A stretch of DNA of 64,000 nt from contig OY968762.1 in NCBI GenBank assembly GCA_963695225.1, positions 2,464,001-2,528,000 of the forward strand. The letters run 5' to 3'. Below, one piece after another: positions 26,986-35,099 of the stretch. This stretch comes from Vulcanimicrobiota bacterium. Lineage in GTDB: Bacteria > Vulcanimicrobiota > Vulcanimicrobiia > Vulcanimicrobiales > Vulcanimicrobiaceae. A model generated the notes under the pieces. That model ran no database searches and was not told where the DNA came from. It saw only the letters and a list, made by a program, of their open reading frames with translations. Position 1 is the stretch's first letter. Every line of letters starts with the position of its first letter. Both the position numbers and the translations under genes were made by a program.

Positions 26986-29022
26986 ATGACGACGAATCGC
27001 ACCACGTTCCGGGCCGGGCTCGTCGGCGCCGGGAACATCTCGCAGTTCCACATCGCGGCGCTGCGCCGCATCCCGGTCGAGATCGTCGGCGTCTTCGACC
27101 TCAACGCCGCGCAGGCGGAGGCGACCGCCGCGAAATTCGGCGTGCGAGCGTTCCCCTCGATGCGAGCCCTCGTCGAAGCGGGCGCGAACGTGATTCACGT
27201 CCTCACGCCGCCGGCGACGCACGCGAACGTTGCGATCCAAGCGCTCGAATACGGCTGCCACGTCCTCGTCGAGAAACCGCTCGCCGAAGACGTCGCGGAT
27301 TGCGAGCGCGTCGGCGCCGTCGCGGCCGAACACGGCCTGCAGGTCTGCGTCAATCATTCGCTCCTGTTCGATCCGCAGATCGTACGCGCGCTCGAAGCGG
27401 TGCGCGGCGGAAAGCTCGGCCGGGTCGTCTCGGTCGACATCCTGCGCAGTTCCGTCTATCCACCGTTCGAGGGCGGCGCGCTCCCGCCGCAGTTCCGCGA
27501 CGCGGGGTATCCGTTCCGCGATCTCGGCATTCACGAACTCTATCTGCTCGAGGCGTTCCTCGGCCCGATCGAACAGGTCGACGCCGAGTGGCAGAGCCTC
27601 GGCGGGGAGCCGAACCTCGCGTTCGACGAGTGGCGCGCGCACGTGAAGTGCCGCGACGGGATGGGGCAGTTCCAACTCTCCTGGAACGTCAAGCCGATCC
27701 AGCATCTGCTCATCATTCAAGGAACGAAGGGCGTCCTGCGCGTCGATTTGATGTTGATGTTCCTCGGGATGCGCTCGGCGCTGCCGCTGCCGGGGCCGGT
27801 CGTGCGCGTCGTGAATGCAGCGACCGATTCGATTCGTCCGCTCGTCGAGGTTCCGCGCAACGTCGCCGGTTTCGTCATGAAGCAGGTGCTGCAGTACCAC
27901 GGCCTGCAGGATCTCGTTCGCGCGTTCTACCGCGCGCTCGCGAACGGCACGCCCGTCCCCGTCTCCGTCGCCGACGCGACGCCGCTCGTCGGTTGGGTCG
28001 AATCGATTGCGCGCCGCGCCGATGCGGACGGCCTCGCGCGCCTCGCGCGCTATCCGCTCGCCGAACGCACGCAGTACCTCGTGACCGGCGCTTCCGGCGC
28101 CGTGGGGAGCGCGGTCGTCGACCGGCTGCTCGCCGAGGGCAAGAAGGTGCGCATCTTCGTGCGCCGCCCGCCCGACGCGATCCCGCCGAACGTCGAGGTC
28201 GCGCTCGGAGATCTCGGCGACGCCGCCGCCGTCGACCGCGCGGTGAAGGGTGCCGAGATCGTCATCCACGCCGGTGCCGCGATGAAGGGCCCGTGGGCCG
28301 CCTTCCAATGCGCGACGATCGTCGGAACGCGCAACGTGCTCGACGCCGCCGTGAAGCACGGTGTGAAGAAACTCGTGCACATCAGCTCGATGTCGGTCAT
28401 CGATTGGGCCGGCGGCGCCGAAGGGTCCCCCGTCACCGAAGAGACGCCGTACGAGCCGCATGCGGAATCGCGCGGCTCCTACACGCAATCCAAGCTCGAG
28501 GCTGAGCGGATGGTCGTCGAGTACACGCAACGCGGCCTGCCGACCGTGATCCTGCGCCCGGGGCAGATCTTCGGCGGAAAGATTCCGCTGCTCAACGCGG
28601 CCGTCGCGCGCCGCGTCGCGGGCCGGTATCTCGTCCTCGGAGAAGGCGACGTCAATCTGCCGCTGGTGCACATGGACGACGTCGTCGACGCCGTCGTGCA
28701 GGCGTCCGAGAGCGATCTGCACTCCGGCGAGATCATCCAGCTCGTCGATGCCGGCGTCACGCAGAACGACGTCTTACGGGAGCTCGCGCGGGGGAAGACG
28801 GTGCTGCGCATCCCGCGCAAGGTGGTGTTCGCGCTCGGCGGCTTCTCCGAGGTCGCGCTCGGTGCGCTCAAGCGCAAGTCTCCGCTCTCGCGCTACCGCC
28901 TGGCCTCGGCCCTCGCGCTGCGCACGTTCCGCAACGACCGGACGGGTTTGATCGGCTGGCAGCCGCGGACGGGCATCGCCGAAGGCATGCGCCGCGAAAC
29001 GGCGCGCGAAGCGAAGACCTGA
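26986..29022 (+). CDS. Gfo/Idh/MocA oxidoreductase fused to NAD-dependent epimerase/dehydratase
   Basis: GLVGAGNI, HVLVEKP; then LVTGASGAVG, HISS, YTQSK, ILRPG. Confidence 0.88.
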   Translation: MTTNRTTFRAGLVGAGNISQFHIAALRRIPVEIVGVFDLNAAQAEATAAKFGVRAFPSMRALVEAGANVIHVLTPPATHANVAIQALEYGCHVLVEKPLAEDVADCERVGAVAAEHGLQVCVNHSLLFDPQIVRALEAVRGGKLGRVVSVDILRSSVYPPFEGGALPPQFRDAGYPFRDLGIHELYLLEAFLGPIEQVDAEWQSLGGEPNLAFDEWRAHVKCRDGMGQFQLSWNVKPIQHLLIIQGTKGVLRVDLMLMFLGMRSALPLPGPVVRVVNAATDSIRPLVEVPRNVAGFVMKQVLQYHGLQDLVRAFYRALANGTPVPVSVADATPLVGWVESIARRADADGLARLARYPLAERTQYLVTGASGAVGSAVVDRLLAEGKKVRIFVRRPPDAIPPNVEVALGDLGDAAAVDRAVKGAEIVIHAGAAMKGPWAAFQCATIVGTRNVLDAAVKHGVKKLVHISSMSVIDWAGGAEGSPVTEETPYEPHAESRGSYTQSKLEAERMVVEYTQRGLPTVILRPGQIFGGKIPLLNAAVARRVAGRYLVLGEGDVNLPLVHMDDVVDAVVQASESDLHSGEIIQLVDAGVTQNDVLRELARGKTVLRIPRKVVFALGGFSEVALGALKRKSPLSRYRLASALALRTFRNDRTGLIGWQPRTGIAEGMRRETAREAKT

Positions 29023-29117
29023 GCGTCGGGCGCGCGTAGTCCGCGCGTAACATCCCGGCGACCTCGCGACAACGGAGCCGCGCTACGCTTGCGGCATTCC
29101 CCGTCGCGAGGTTTGTA

Positions 29118-29675
29118 GTGAACGCACCATCCGGCATCGCCCTCGTCCCTGCGCGCCTGCCGTATCTCGACCGCCGCGCGCTCTCCGAAGCGTGGTATTC
29201 GGCGCTGCGCCTCGCTCGCGCATCGCGCGGCGAACCTCCACGCTCGGAGCGAACGCCGCTCGCGGCCGAGCGCGTCCCCGGGCGCGTGCCGGCAGCGCGC
29301 TCGAGCGCGCGCCCGGCAGTGCAAGCGCATCCGCCCGTTCCGGCCCGCTCGCAACGCGTCGCCGGCGCGGCGGCCGCCGCGCCCGAAACGCGCGCGGCGC
29401 GAAGTTCCCCGCCGCGCGACGTTCGGGCGGCCTCCCGGCGTGGACGCGTCCCCGCGCAGGCTTACGTGACGCTGACGCTCGAAGGCGCGCGCGTGCGAAT
29501 CCTCGCCAGGCGCGAGGGAGCGCGGATGCACGTCATCGCGCTCTGCGGCGCGGCGCAGGTCGCGACCGTCCGTCGCGCGCTGGGCTTGCTCGAGCGAACG
29601 CTGCGCGCGCGGGGCGAACGGCTCGAGGCCGCGATCCGAACGGTCGCCCGGTGCGAGACGGAGCGTGCGGGATGA
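29118..29675 (+). CDS. Putative FliK/SctP-like length-control protein (very short)
   Basis: Pro/Ala/Arg-rich disordered N-terminal half; C-terminal beta-beta-beta-alpha segment (VTLTLEGARVRILARREGARMHVIAL...LERTLRARG); context. Confidence 0.42.
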   Translation: MNAPSGIALVPARLPYLDRRALSEAWYSALRLARASRGEPPRSERTPLAAERVPGRVPAARSSARPAVQAHPPVPARSQRVAGAAAAAPETRAARSSPPRDVRAASRRGRVPAQAYVTLTLEGARVRILARREGARMHVIALCGAAQVATVRRALGLLERTLRARGERLEAAIRTVARCETERAG

Positions 29676-30391
29676 TCTCTGCGTCGACGTCCGATGCGCT
29701 CGAACGGATCGCGGCCCGCGCGAGCGACGTCCTCTCCGCGTACGCCGGCGGCTTCGAGCCGCAACACGGCGATGCCGCGGCGAGCGCCCCGAGCTTCGAA
29801 CGCTCCCTCGATCCACTCAGCGTCGTCGCGCCGGAGCGCAGCTACTTCCTCGTCGCGCGCGACGGCGCGACGCGCTATACGCGGGACGGCGGGTTCACGT
29901 TCGAAGACGGAACGCTCCGCGCGCACGACGGAGCCGCCGTTCTGGGCTTCGGCGCCGGCGAACGCGGCACGCCCCATCCGCTCGAGATCGACGCGATCGA
30001 TCGCGCTCTCGGCCGCGTCTCCGGCGAGCGGGTCGAGTCCGACGGTTTGGTCAGCTATACGCGCACGACGATCGATCCGCGCACGGGCGATCGGCGCGTC
30101 GAGCGCGTCGAGGTCGGGCGCGTCGCGCTCGCCCGCTTTCCGGCGGGCACACAGGCCCCGCGCAGCGACGGAACGCACGTCGATGCGCCGCGCGGCGTCG
30201 CGCCGCTCGTCGGCCGGCCGTCGGACGGGAGCTTCGGACCGCTGCGGACCTACGCGCGGGATGTCGGGCGGCTCGATCTCTTGGCGGGCTTGCAGCGCCT
30301 GCAGGAGGCGTATCTCTCGTTCGAAGCCCTGCGGGTCGCGCAACGAGCCCGCGGCGGCGTCGAGCGGACGGCGTTGGATCTCGTCAAGTGA
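29672..30391 (+). CDS. FlgF/FlgG-family rod protein
   Basis: DPLSVV...YFLV...RYTRDGGF...DGAAVLG, GRVALARF, C-terminal helix; ATG at 29672. Confidence 0.8.
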   Translation: MISASTSDALERIAARASDVLSAYAGGFEPQHGDAAASAPSFERSLDPLSVVAPERSYFLVARDGATRYTRDGGFTFEDGTLRAHDGAAVLGFGAGERGTPHPLEIDAIDRALGRVSGERVESDGLVSYTRTTIDPRTGDRRVERVEVGRVALARFPAGTQAPRSDGTHVDAPRGVAPLVGRPSDGSFGPLRTYARDVGRLDLLAGLQRLQEAYLSFEALRVAQRARGGVERTALDLVK

Positions 30392-31188
30392 TCGCCGCGC
30401 TCGCCTTCGAGCCGGCGCCCGCCGCGCCGCAGGGCCAAAGGGTGCGGCGTCCGAGGTTCGTTCCGCGCTCGACGCTCCCGCTCGCCGCGATGTGCCTGGT
30501 CGCGAACGGCGTGCGCGAGCACCTCGGGAGCCTCCTCGCCCGCGAATTGGAAGTGGACTTGACGGAAGCGAGCGTTCCGGATGCCGCTGCGAGGGGCGTG
30601 ATCTTTCGCGAAACGCATGTCGTGCGCGTGCGCGGTCGCGTTGCGGACGCATTCGTCGCAGTGCGCGCGCGCGATGCGCGCCGGCTCGTCGCGCTGGCCT
30701 TTGGCGAAGGAGAGCGCGACGAGCGCGACCCGCTCTCGGAGATCGAGACGCGCACGTTCGAGCGCTTGCTCGCCGCCGTCGTGCAGCAGAGCGCGCCGCT
30801 CTGCGGCACGATCGGCGGCTCCGCGCCCGAACGCGCCGAGCGTGCCGCGGAGGAGACGGTCTCGTATTTCGAAGTGCGCACCTCGGGGACGCACCGCTGC
30901 GCGATCGGTTTCGGCTTGACGGCCGATCCCCCCGAAGAGGTCTCGGTGCGGATCGCCCTCGAGGATCTGCTCGACGTTTCGCTGGACGTGCGCGTCGATT
31001 GCCCGGTGGGCGTTCGGACGATCGGCGAGCTCGCGAAACTCGACGCCGGCTCGACGCTCGCCGTCGACGGCGGATTCGATCGTTCGGCCCTGCTGCGGAC
31101 GGGCTCGTTGACGCTTGCGGCGGGATCGTGCGGGGCGAGCGCGGGGCGCTCGGCGCTCCGCGTCGAGCGGCTGGGCGCGGTCTCCTGA
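30388..31188 (+). CDS. FliM-like C-ring protein (divergent)
   Basis: PLSEIETRTFERLL, C-terminal SPOA-like domain (DVSLDVRV, TIGELAKLDAGSTL); precedes fliN. Confidence 0.68.
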   Translation: MIAALAFEPAPAAPQGQRVRRPRFVPRSTLPLAAMCLVANGVREHLGSLLARELEVDLTEASVPDAAARGVIFRETHVVRVRGRVADAFVAVRARDARRLVALAFGEGERDERDPLSEIETRTFERLLAAVVQQSAPLCGTIGGSAPERAERAAEETVSYFEVRTSGTHRCAIGFGLTADPPEEVSVRIALEDLLDVSLDVRVDCPVGVRTIGELAKLDAGSTLAVDGGFDRSALLRTGSLTLAAGSCGASAGRSALRVERLGAVS

Positions 31189-31454
31189 TGGAAGGGCCGC
31201 AACCGAACCTCGACCTCGTGATGAACGTCGTGCTCGGCGTGCGCGTCGAACTCGGGCGGTGCACGTTGCGCGTGCGGGACGTCCTCGCGCTTGGGGTGGG
31301 CTCGCTCGTCGCGCTCGATCGCGCCGCCGGCGCCCCCGTCGACGTCTATGTGAACGACCGGCGCGTCGCCGAAGGCGAGCTCGTCGCGCTCGACGAGCGC
31401 TACGGCGTGCGGCTCGTCCGGTTGCTGGGAACCGGCCGCGAGCCGGAGGCCTGA
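31188..31454 (+). CDS. fliN: C-ring protein FliN
   Basis: VRVELGR, VLALGVGSLVALDRAAGAPVDVYVN, GELV, YGVRL. Confidence 0.9.
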   Translation: MEGPQPNLDLVMNVVLGVRVELGRCTLRVRDVLALGVGSLVALDRAAGAPVDVYVNDRRVAEGELVALDERYGVRLVRLLGTGREPEA

Positions 31455-32116
31455 TGGACGGGCTCATTTCGTTGGCGGAACACGCCGGGCGCGGCACGCT
31501 CCCGCTCGACGTCTTGGCGGGGCTCACGCTCCTTGCGCTCGCGCCGTTCGTGCTCGTGATGACGACGTCGTTCGTGCGGATCGTCGTCGTGCTCTCGCTC
31601 GTCCGCTCGGCGATCGGAGCCTCCTCGCTTCCGCCGAACGCGGTGCTGACCGCGCTCGCGCTGATGCTCACGTTCGCGATCATGTCGCCGACGGTCGCCG
31701 CCGTCTCGCGCGACGCGCTCGCACCATACTCCGCCGGGAGGCTCACGCAGCGGGAAGCGATCGAGCGCGCGTACGCGCCGCTGCGCCGCTTCATGCTGCG
31801 CCAGACGCAAACGCGGGATCTCGAAACGTTCGCGCGCATCTCCGGGCACGCGGAGCGGCCGGCCGCAACAGGCCCGCCGCCCGAGGAATTGCTCCCCGCC
31901 TTCGTCGTCGGCGAGTTGCGCAGCGCGTTCGCGATCGGGCTCGCGCTCTATCTCCCGTTCATCGCGATCGATCTCGCGGTCGCCTCGATCTTGATGGGGC
32001 TGGGGATGTTCATGCTGAGCCCGCCCATCGTCTCGCTTCCGTGCAAGCTGCTGCTCTTCGTGATGGTCGACGGCTGGGCGCTCGTCTGCGGCGGCGTCGC
32101 CTCGAGCTTCCGGTAA
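31454..32116 (+). CDS. fliP: Export gate protein FliP
   Basis: MTTSFVRIVVVLSLVRSAIG, PPN, PAFVVGEL..AF.IG..YLPF, ILMGLGMFMLSP, KLLLFVMVDGW. Confidence 0.95.
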   Translation: MDGLISLAEHAGRGTLPLDVLAGLTLLALAPFVLVMTTSFVRIVVVLSLVRSAIGASSLPPNAVLTALALMLTFAIMSPTVAAVSRDALAPYSAGRLTQREAIERAYAPLRRFMLRQTQTRDLETFARISGHAERPAATGPPPEELLPAFVVGELRSAFAIGLALYLPFIAIDLAVASILMGLGMFMLSPPIVSLPCKLLLFVMVDGWALVCGGVASSFR

Positions 32117-32162
32117 GGGCACCGCGGTGGGGGCGCCTTCGCCTCGGGGCGAACCTCCCGCC

Positions 32163-33062
32163 ATGCGGATCAGCGATCTGCTCGACGCGAAGCGGCCGTC
32201 GTTCTCGTTCGAGTTCTTCCCACCAAGAGACGATGCCGGCGTCGAGAGCCTGTTCGCGACGATCGAGTCGTTGCGCGTCCATCGACCGGCATACGTATCG
32301 ATCACCTACGGCGCGGGTGGATCGACGCGCGCGCGCACGATCGAACTGGCCAAGCGCATCAAGCGGGAGAGCGGTCTAGAGGTCCTCGCGCACGTGACCT
32401 GCGTGGGGAGCACCGCGGCCGACTTGCGCGCAACGTTTCGCGAATTGGAAGAAGGCGGGATCGAGAACGTGCTCGCACTGCGCGGAGATCCGCCGCGCGG
32501 GAGCGCGACGTTCGAGCGAACGGAGGGCGGATTCGCGTACTCGACCGACCTGATCGCGCTGCTCGCCCGCGAGTTTTCGTTTTGCATCGGCGGCGCGGCC
32601 TACCCCGAGAAGCATCCGGAGGCGGCGTCGCTCGAGGACGATCTCGCGGTCGCGCGCCGCAAGCAGGACGCGGGCGCCGCCTTCCTGGTCACGCAGCTGT
32701 TCTTCGACAATGCCGCCTACGCGGGCTTCGTCGCGCGGGCGAGGGCGGCGGGCATCTCGATCCCGATCGTACCCGGGATCATGCCGATCACGAACTACCA
32801 GCAGATCGAGCGTTTCGTCGCGATGTGCGGCGCGACGATCCCGGCTCCGCTGCGCGCCGAACTCGACGCGCGTCGCAACGAACCCGATGCCGTCGCCGAA
32901 TTCGGCGTCGCGTACGCGACGTTGCAGTGCGCCGGCCTGCTCGCGCAAGGAGCGCCCGGCATCCACTTCTACACGCTGAACAAATCGCCGTCGACGCGAG
33001 CCGTCGTCTCCGCGCTGCTCGCCTCGGGGAGCGCCCCGCAACCTGCCGTAACGCACGGGTAA
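32163..33062 (+). CDS. metF: 5,10-methylenetetrahydrofolate reductase
   Basis: SFEFFPP, SITYGAGGS, ALRGDPP, AYPEKHP, TQLFFD, HFYTLN. Confidence 0.96.
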   Translation: MRISDLLDAKRPSFSFEFFPPRDDAGVESLFATIESLRVHRPAYVSITYGAGGSTRARTIELAKRIKRESGLEVLAHVTCVGSTAADLRATFRELEEGGIENVLALRGDPPRGSATFERTEGGFAYSTDLIALLAREFSFCIGGAAYPEKHPEAASLEDDLAVARRKQDAGAAFLVTQLFFDNAAYAGFVARARAAGISIPIVPGIMPITNYQQIERFVAMCGATIPAPLRAELDARRNEPDAVAEFGVAYATLQCAGLLAQGAPGIHFYTLNKSPSTRAVVSALLASGSAPQPAVTHG

Positions 33063-33107
33063 CGCCGCGGCCGCGCGGCCGTAATCCGGGCGCGGTACCG
33101 TCGCTGC

Positions 33108-33380
33108 GTGGAAGCGCTCGATTCGATCCTGCGTGAGGCGCTCGTCGTCGTTGCAATCCTCGCGTTGCCGTTGCTGGCGCTGGCGACGCTCGTCGGTACG
33201 GTCGTCGCCGTCGCGCAGGCGGCGACGCAGGTGCAAGAGCAGACGCTGACGCTCCTGCCGAAGCTCGTCTGCGTCGGCGTCGCGATCGCCGCGTTCGGGC
33301 GCTTCGGAATGGAGCTGTGCGTGCGCCTGTTCGTCGATGCGATCCGGGCGCTTCCCGCGATCGTGCGCGCCGGGCCGTGA
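33108..33380 (+). CDS. fliQ: Export gate protein FliQ
   Basis: QAATQVQEQTLTLLPK. Confidence 0.93.
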   Translation: MEALDSILREALVVVAILALPLLALATLVGTVVAVAQAATQVQEQTLTLLPKLVCVGVAIAAFGRFGMELCVRLFVDAIRALPAIVRAGP

Positions 33381-34102
33381 ACGAAATCGACGCGCTCGTC
33401 TTCGCGCGCTGCGCGGGGTTCGTCTTGCGCGCCCCGGGATTCTCGCATCCTGCCGTGCCCCCGCCGGTGCGGGCCGGCTTCGCGTTCATGCTCGGGCTCG
33501 CGTGCGGCGCCGCGCGTGCCGGCGCGCGGCCGGCGCCGAAGGAGCCCGCCGTCTTCGTCGCGGCGCTCGCTGCCGATTTCGCGCTCGGCGCGGCGCTCGG
33601 CGTCGCCGCCTCGATGCTCTACGACGGCGCCTACTCCGGCGGGCGAATGCTCGACGACTACGTCGGGATCCGGGCGAGCGTTCCCACGGCCGGAATCGGC
33701 GCGGGTGCCGGGTTCGGGCGCCTGTGGTCGCTTGCGTTCAGCGCGGGCTTCTTCGTGCTCGGCGGGTACCGGCTCGCGCTCGACGCGTTCGCGCGGACGT
33801 TCGCGACGATTCCGCCCGGCGCGCTCCTTGAACCCGGTAGCCTGCGCGCGTTCGCGCTCGCGTTACCGGCGACGCTCCTGAGCGCGGCCTTGCTCGTCGC
33901 CGGCCCGGCAGTCGCCGTCGCCTTGGTCGCGCAGATCGCGCTCGCGGGCGTCGCGCGGCTCGCGCCGCGCTTGCAAACGTTCGCGCTTTCGTTTCCGGTC
34001 GTCTTCGGGTGCGTGCTGGTCGTGACGTTGCTCGGGTTCGCTGCCGTCCTTCCGCGCGCCGCGGAGCCGTGGTTCGCGCCGCAGACGCTGCGCGCGCGAT
34101 AG
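33377..34102 (+). CDS. fliR: Export gate protein FliR
   Basis: FAR..GF...APGFS, multiple TM helices, RLAPRLQTFALSFP; GTG overlaps fliQ stop. Confidence 0.88.
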   Translation: MNEIDALVFARCAGFVLRAPGFSHPAVPPPVRAGFAFMLGLACGAARAGARPAPKEPAVFVAALAADFALGAALGVAASMLYDGAYSGGRMLDDYVGIRASVPTAGIGAGAGFGRLWSLAFSAGFFVLGGYRLALDAFARTFATIPPGALLEPGSLRAFALALPATLLSAALLVAGPAVAVALVAQIALAGVARLAPRLQTFALSFPVVFGCVLVVTLLGFAAVLPRAAEPWFAPQTLRAR

Positions 34103-34103
34103 C

Positions 34104-35099
34104 GTGTCCGAGGAGAAACCGTTCGACCCGACGCCCTCGCGGCTCGAACGCGCGCGGCGGGAAGGCGACGTCGCGCGTTCGCACGAGCTCTCGGCGGCCG
34201 TCTCGTTCGCCGCGGGGGCGGTTGCGCTCGCGGCGCTGCTCCCCGCGCTCGCCGGTGCGGCGCGGCTTGAGCTGGAGTCCGCCTCGCGCGGTGCGGCCGG
34301 CGCCGTTCCGTACGCGCTGCAGGGGCTCGCCGTGGCGGCGGTCCTGGCCGCAGCGGCCTGCGGGGCGGCCTTGGCCGCGCTCGCGCAAGGCGGATTCGGG
34401 TTGCGCCCGCTCGGGTTCTCGCTCTCGAAGCTCGCTCCGGCGGAGGGGCTGAAACGAATGTTCTCGCGCGAAGCGGCACTCTCGGCGGTGAAGGCCGTGC
34501 TGGCGGCGTGCGCCTGCGGGCTCGCGGCGCTGCCCGCGCTGCGCGGGGCGTTCGGCGCCGGGATCGCGGCGCCGCAACTCGCGGATCTCGTGCGGCACTC
34601 CGCCGCGAGCATCGCGGCGAGCGTCGTCGCGATCGGTCTGCTCTTCGGCTTCCTCGACGCGCTCGTCGAACGGGCGCGCCGCCGGCGCCGCCTGCGGATG
34701 AGTTTCGACGAACTGCGCCGCGACCGCAAAGAACACGACGGCGATCCGAACGTGCGCGGACGCCGGCGGGAGGCGCATCGCAGCCTGATCCGCGGCTCGC
34801 TCGGGCGCGTCGCGGAGGCTTCGTTCGTGGTGACGAACCCGGCGCACGTCGCGGTCGCGCTGGCCTACCGCCCGCCGGCGATCTCCGTGCCGCGGGTACT
34901 CGTGCGCGCCGTCGACGCCGGCGCGCAGACCGTCAAGCGGCTCGCGCGGGAGCGGGGGATTCCGGTCGTCGAGAACGTCGCGCTCGCGCACCTCCTGCTC
35001 GCGCGGTGCGACGTCGATGCGGCGATCCCGTCCGAGGCGTACCTCGCCGTCGCCGAGATCGTCGCCTCGCTCGCGCTCGCCGGGCGGAACGTCTCATGA
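34104..35099 (+). CDS. flhB: Export switch protein FlhB
   Basis: EKPFDPTPSRLERARREGDVARS, LRMS..E...D.KE.DGDP, VVTNPAHVAVAL. Confidence 0.92.
   Translation: MSEEKPFDPTPSRLERARREGDVARSHELSAAVSFAAGAVALAALLPALAGAARLELESASRGAAGAVPYALQGLAVAAVLAAAACGAALAALAQGGFGLRPLGFSLSKLAPAEGLKRMFSREAALSAVKAVLAACACGLAALPALRGAFGAGIAAPQLADLVRHSAASIAASVVAIGLLFGFLDALVERARRRRRLRMSFDELRRDRKEHDGDPNVRGRRREAHRSLIRGSLGRVAEASFVVTNPAHVAVALAYRPPAISVPRVLVRAVDAGAQTVKRLARERGIPVVENVALAHLLLARCDVDAAIPSEAYLAVAEIVASLALAGRNVS

Noticed and set aside
34830..34860. FlhB NPAH instead of NPTH as a sign of inactivation
   Set aside because: The Asn-Pro that undergoes autocleavage is retained, so the substitution is not evidence of lost function.
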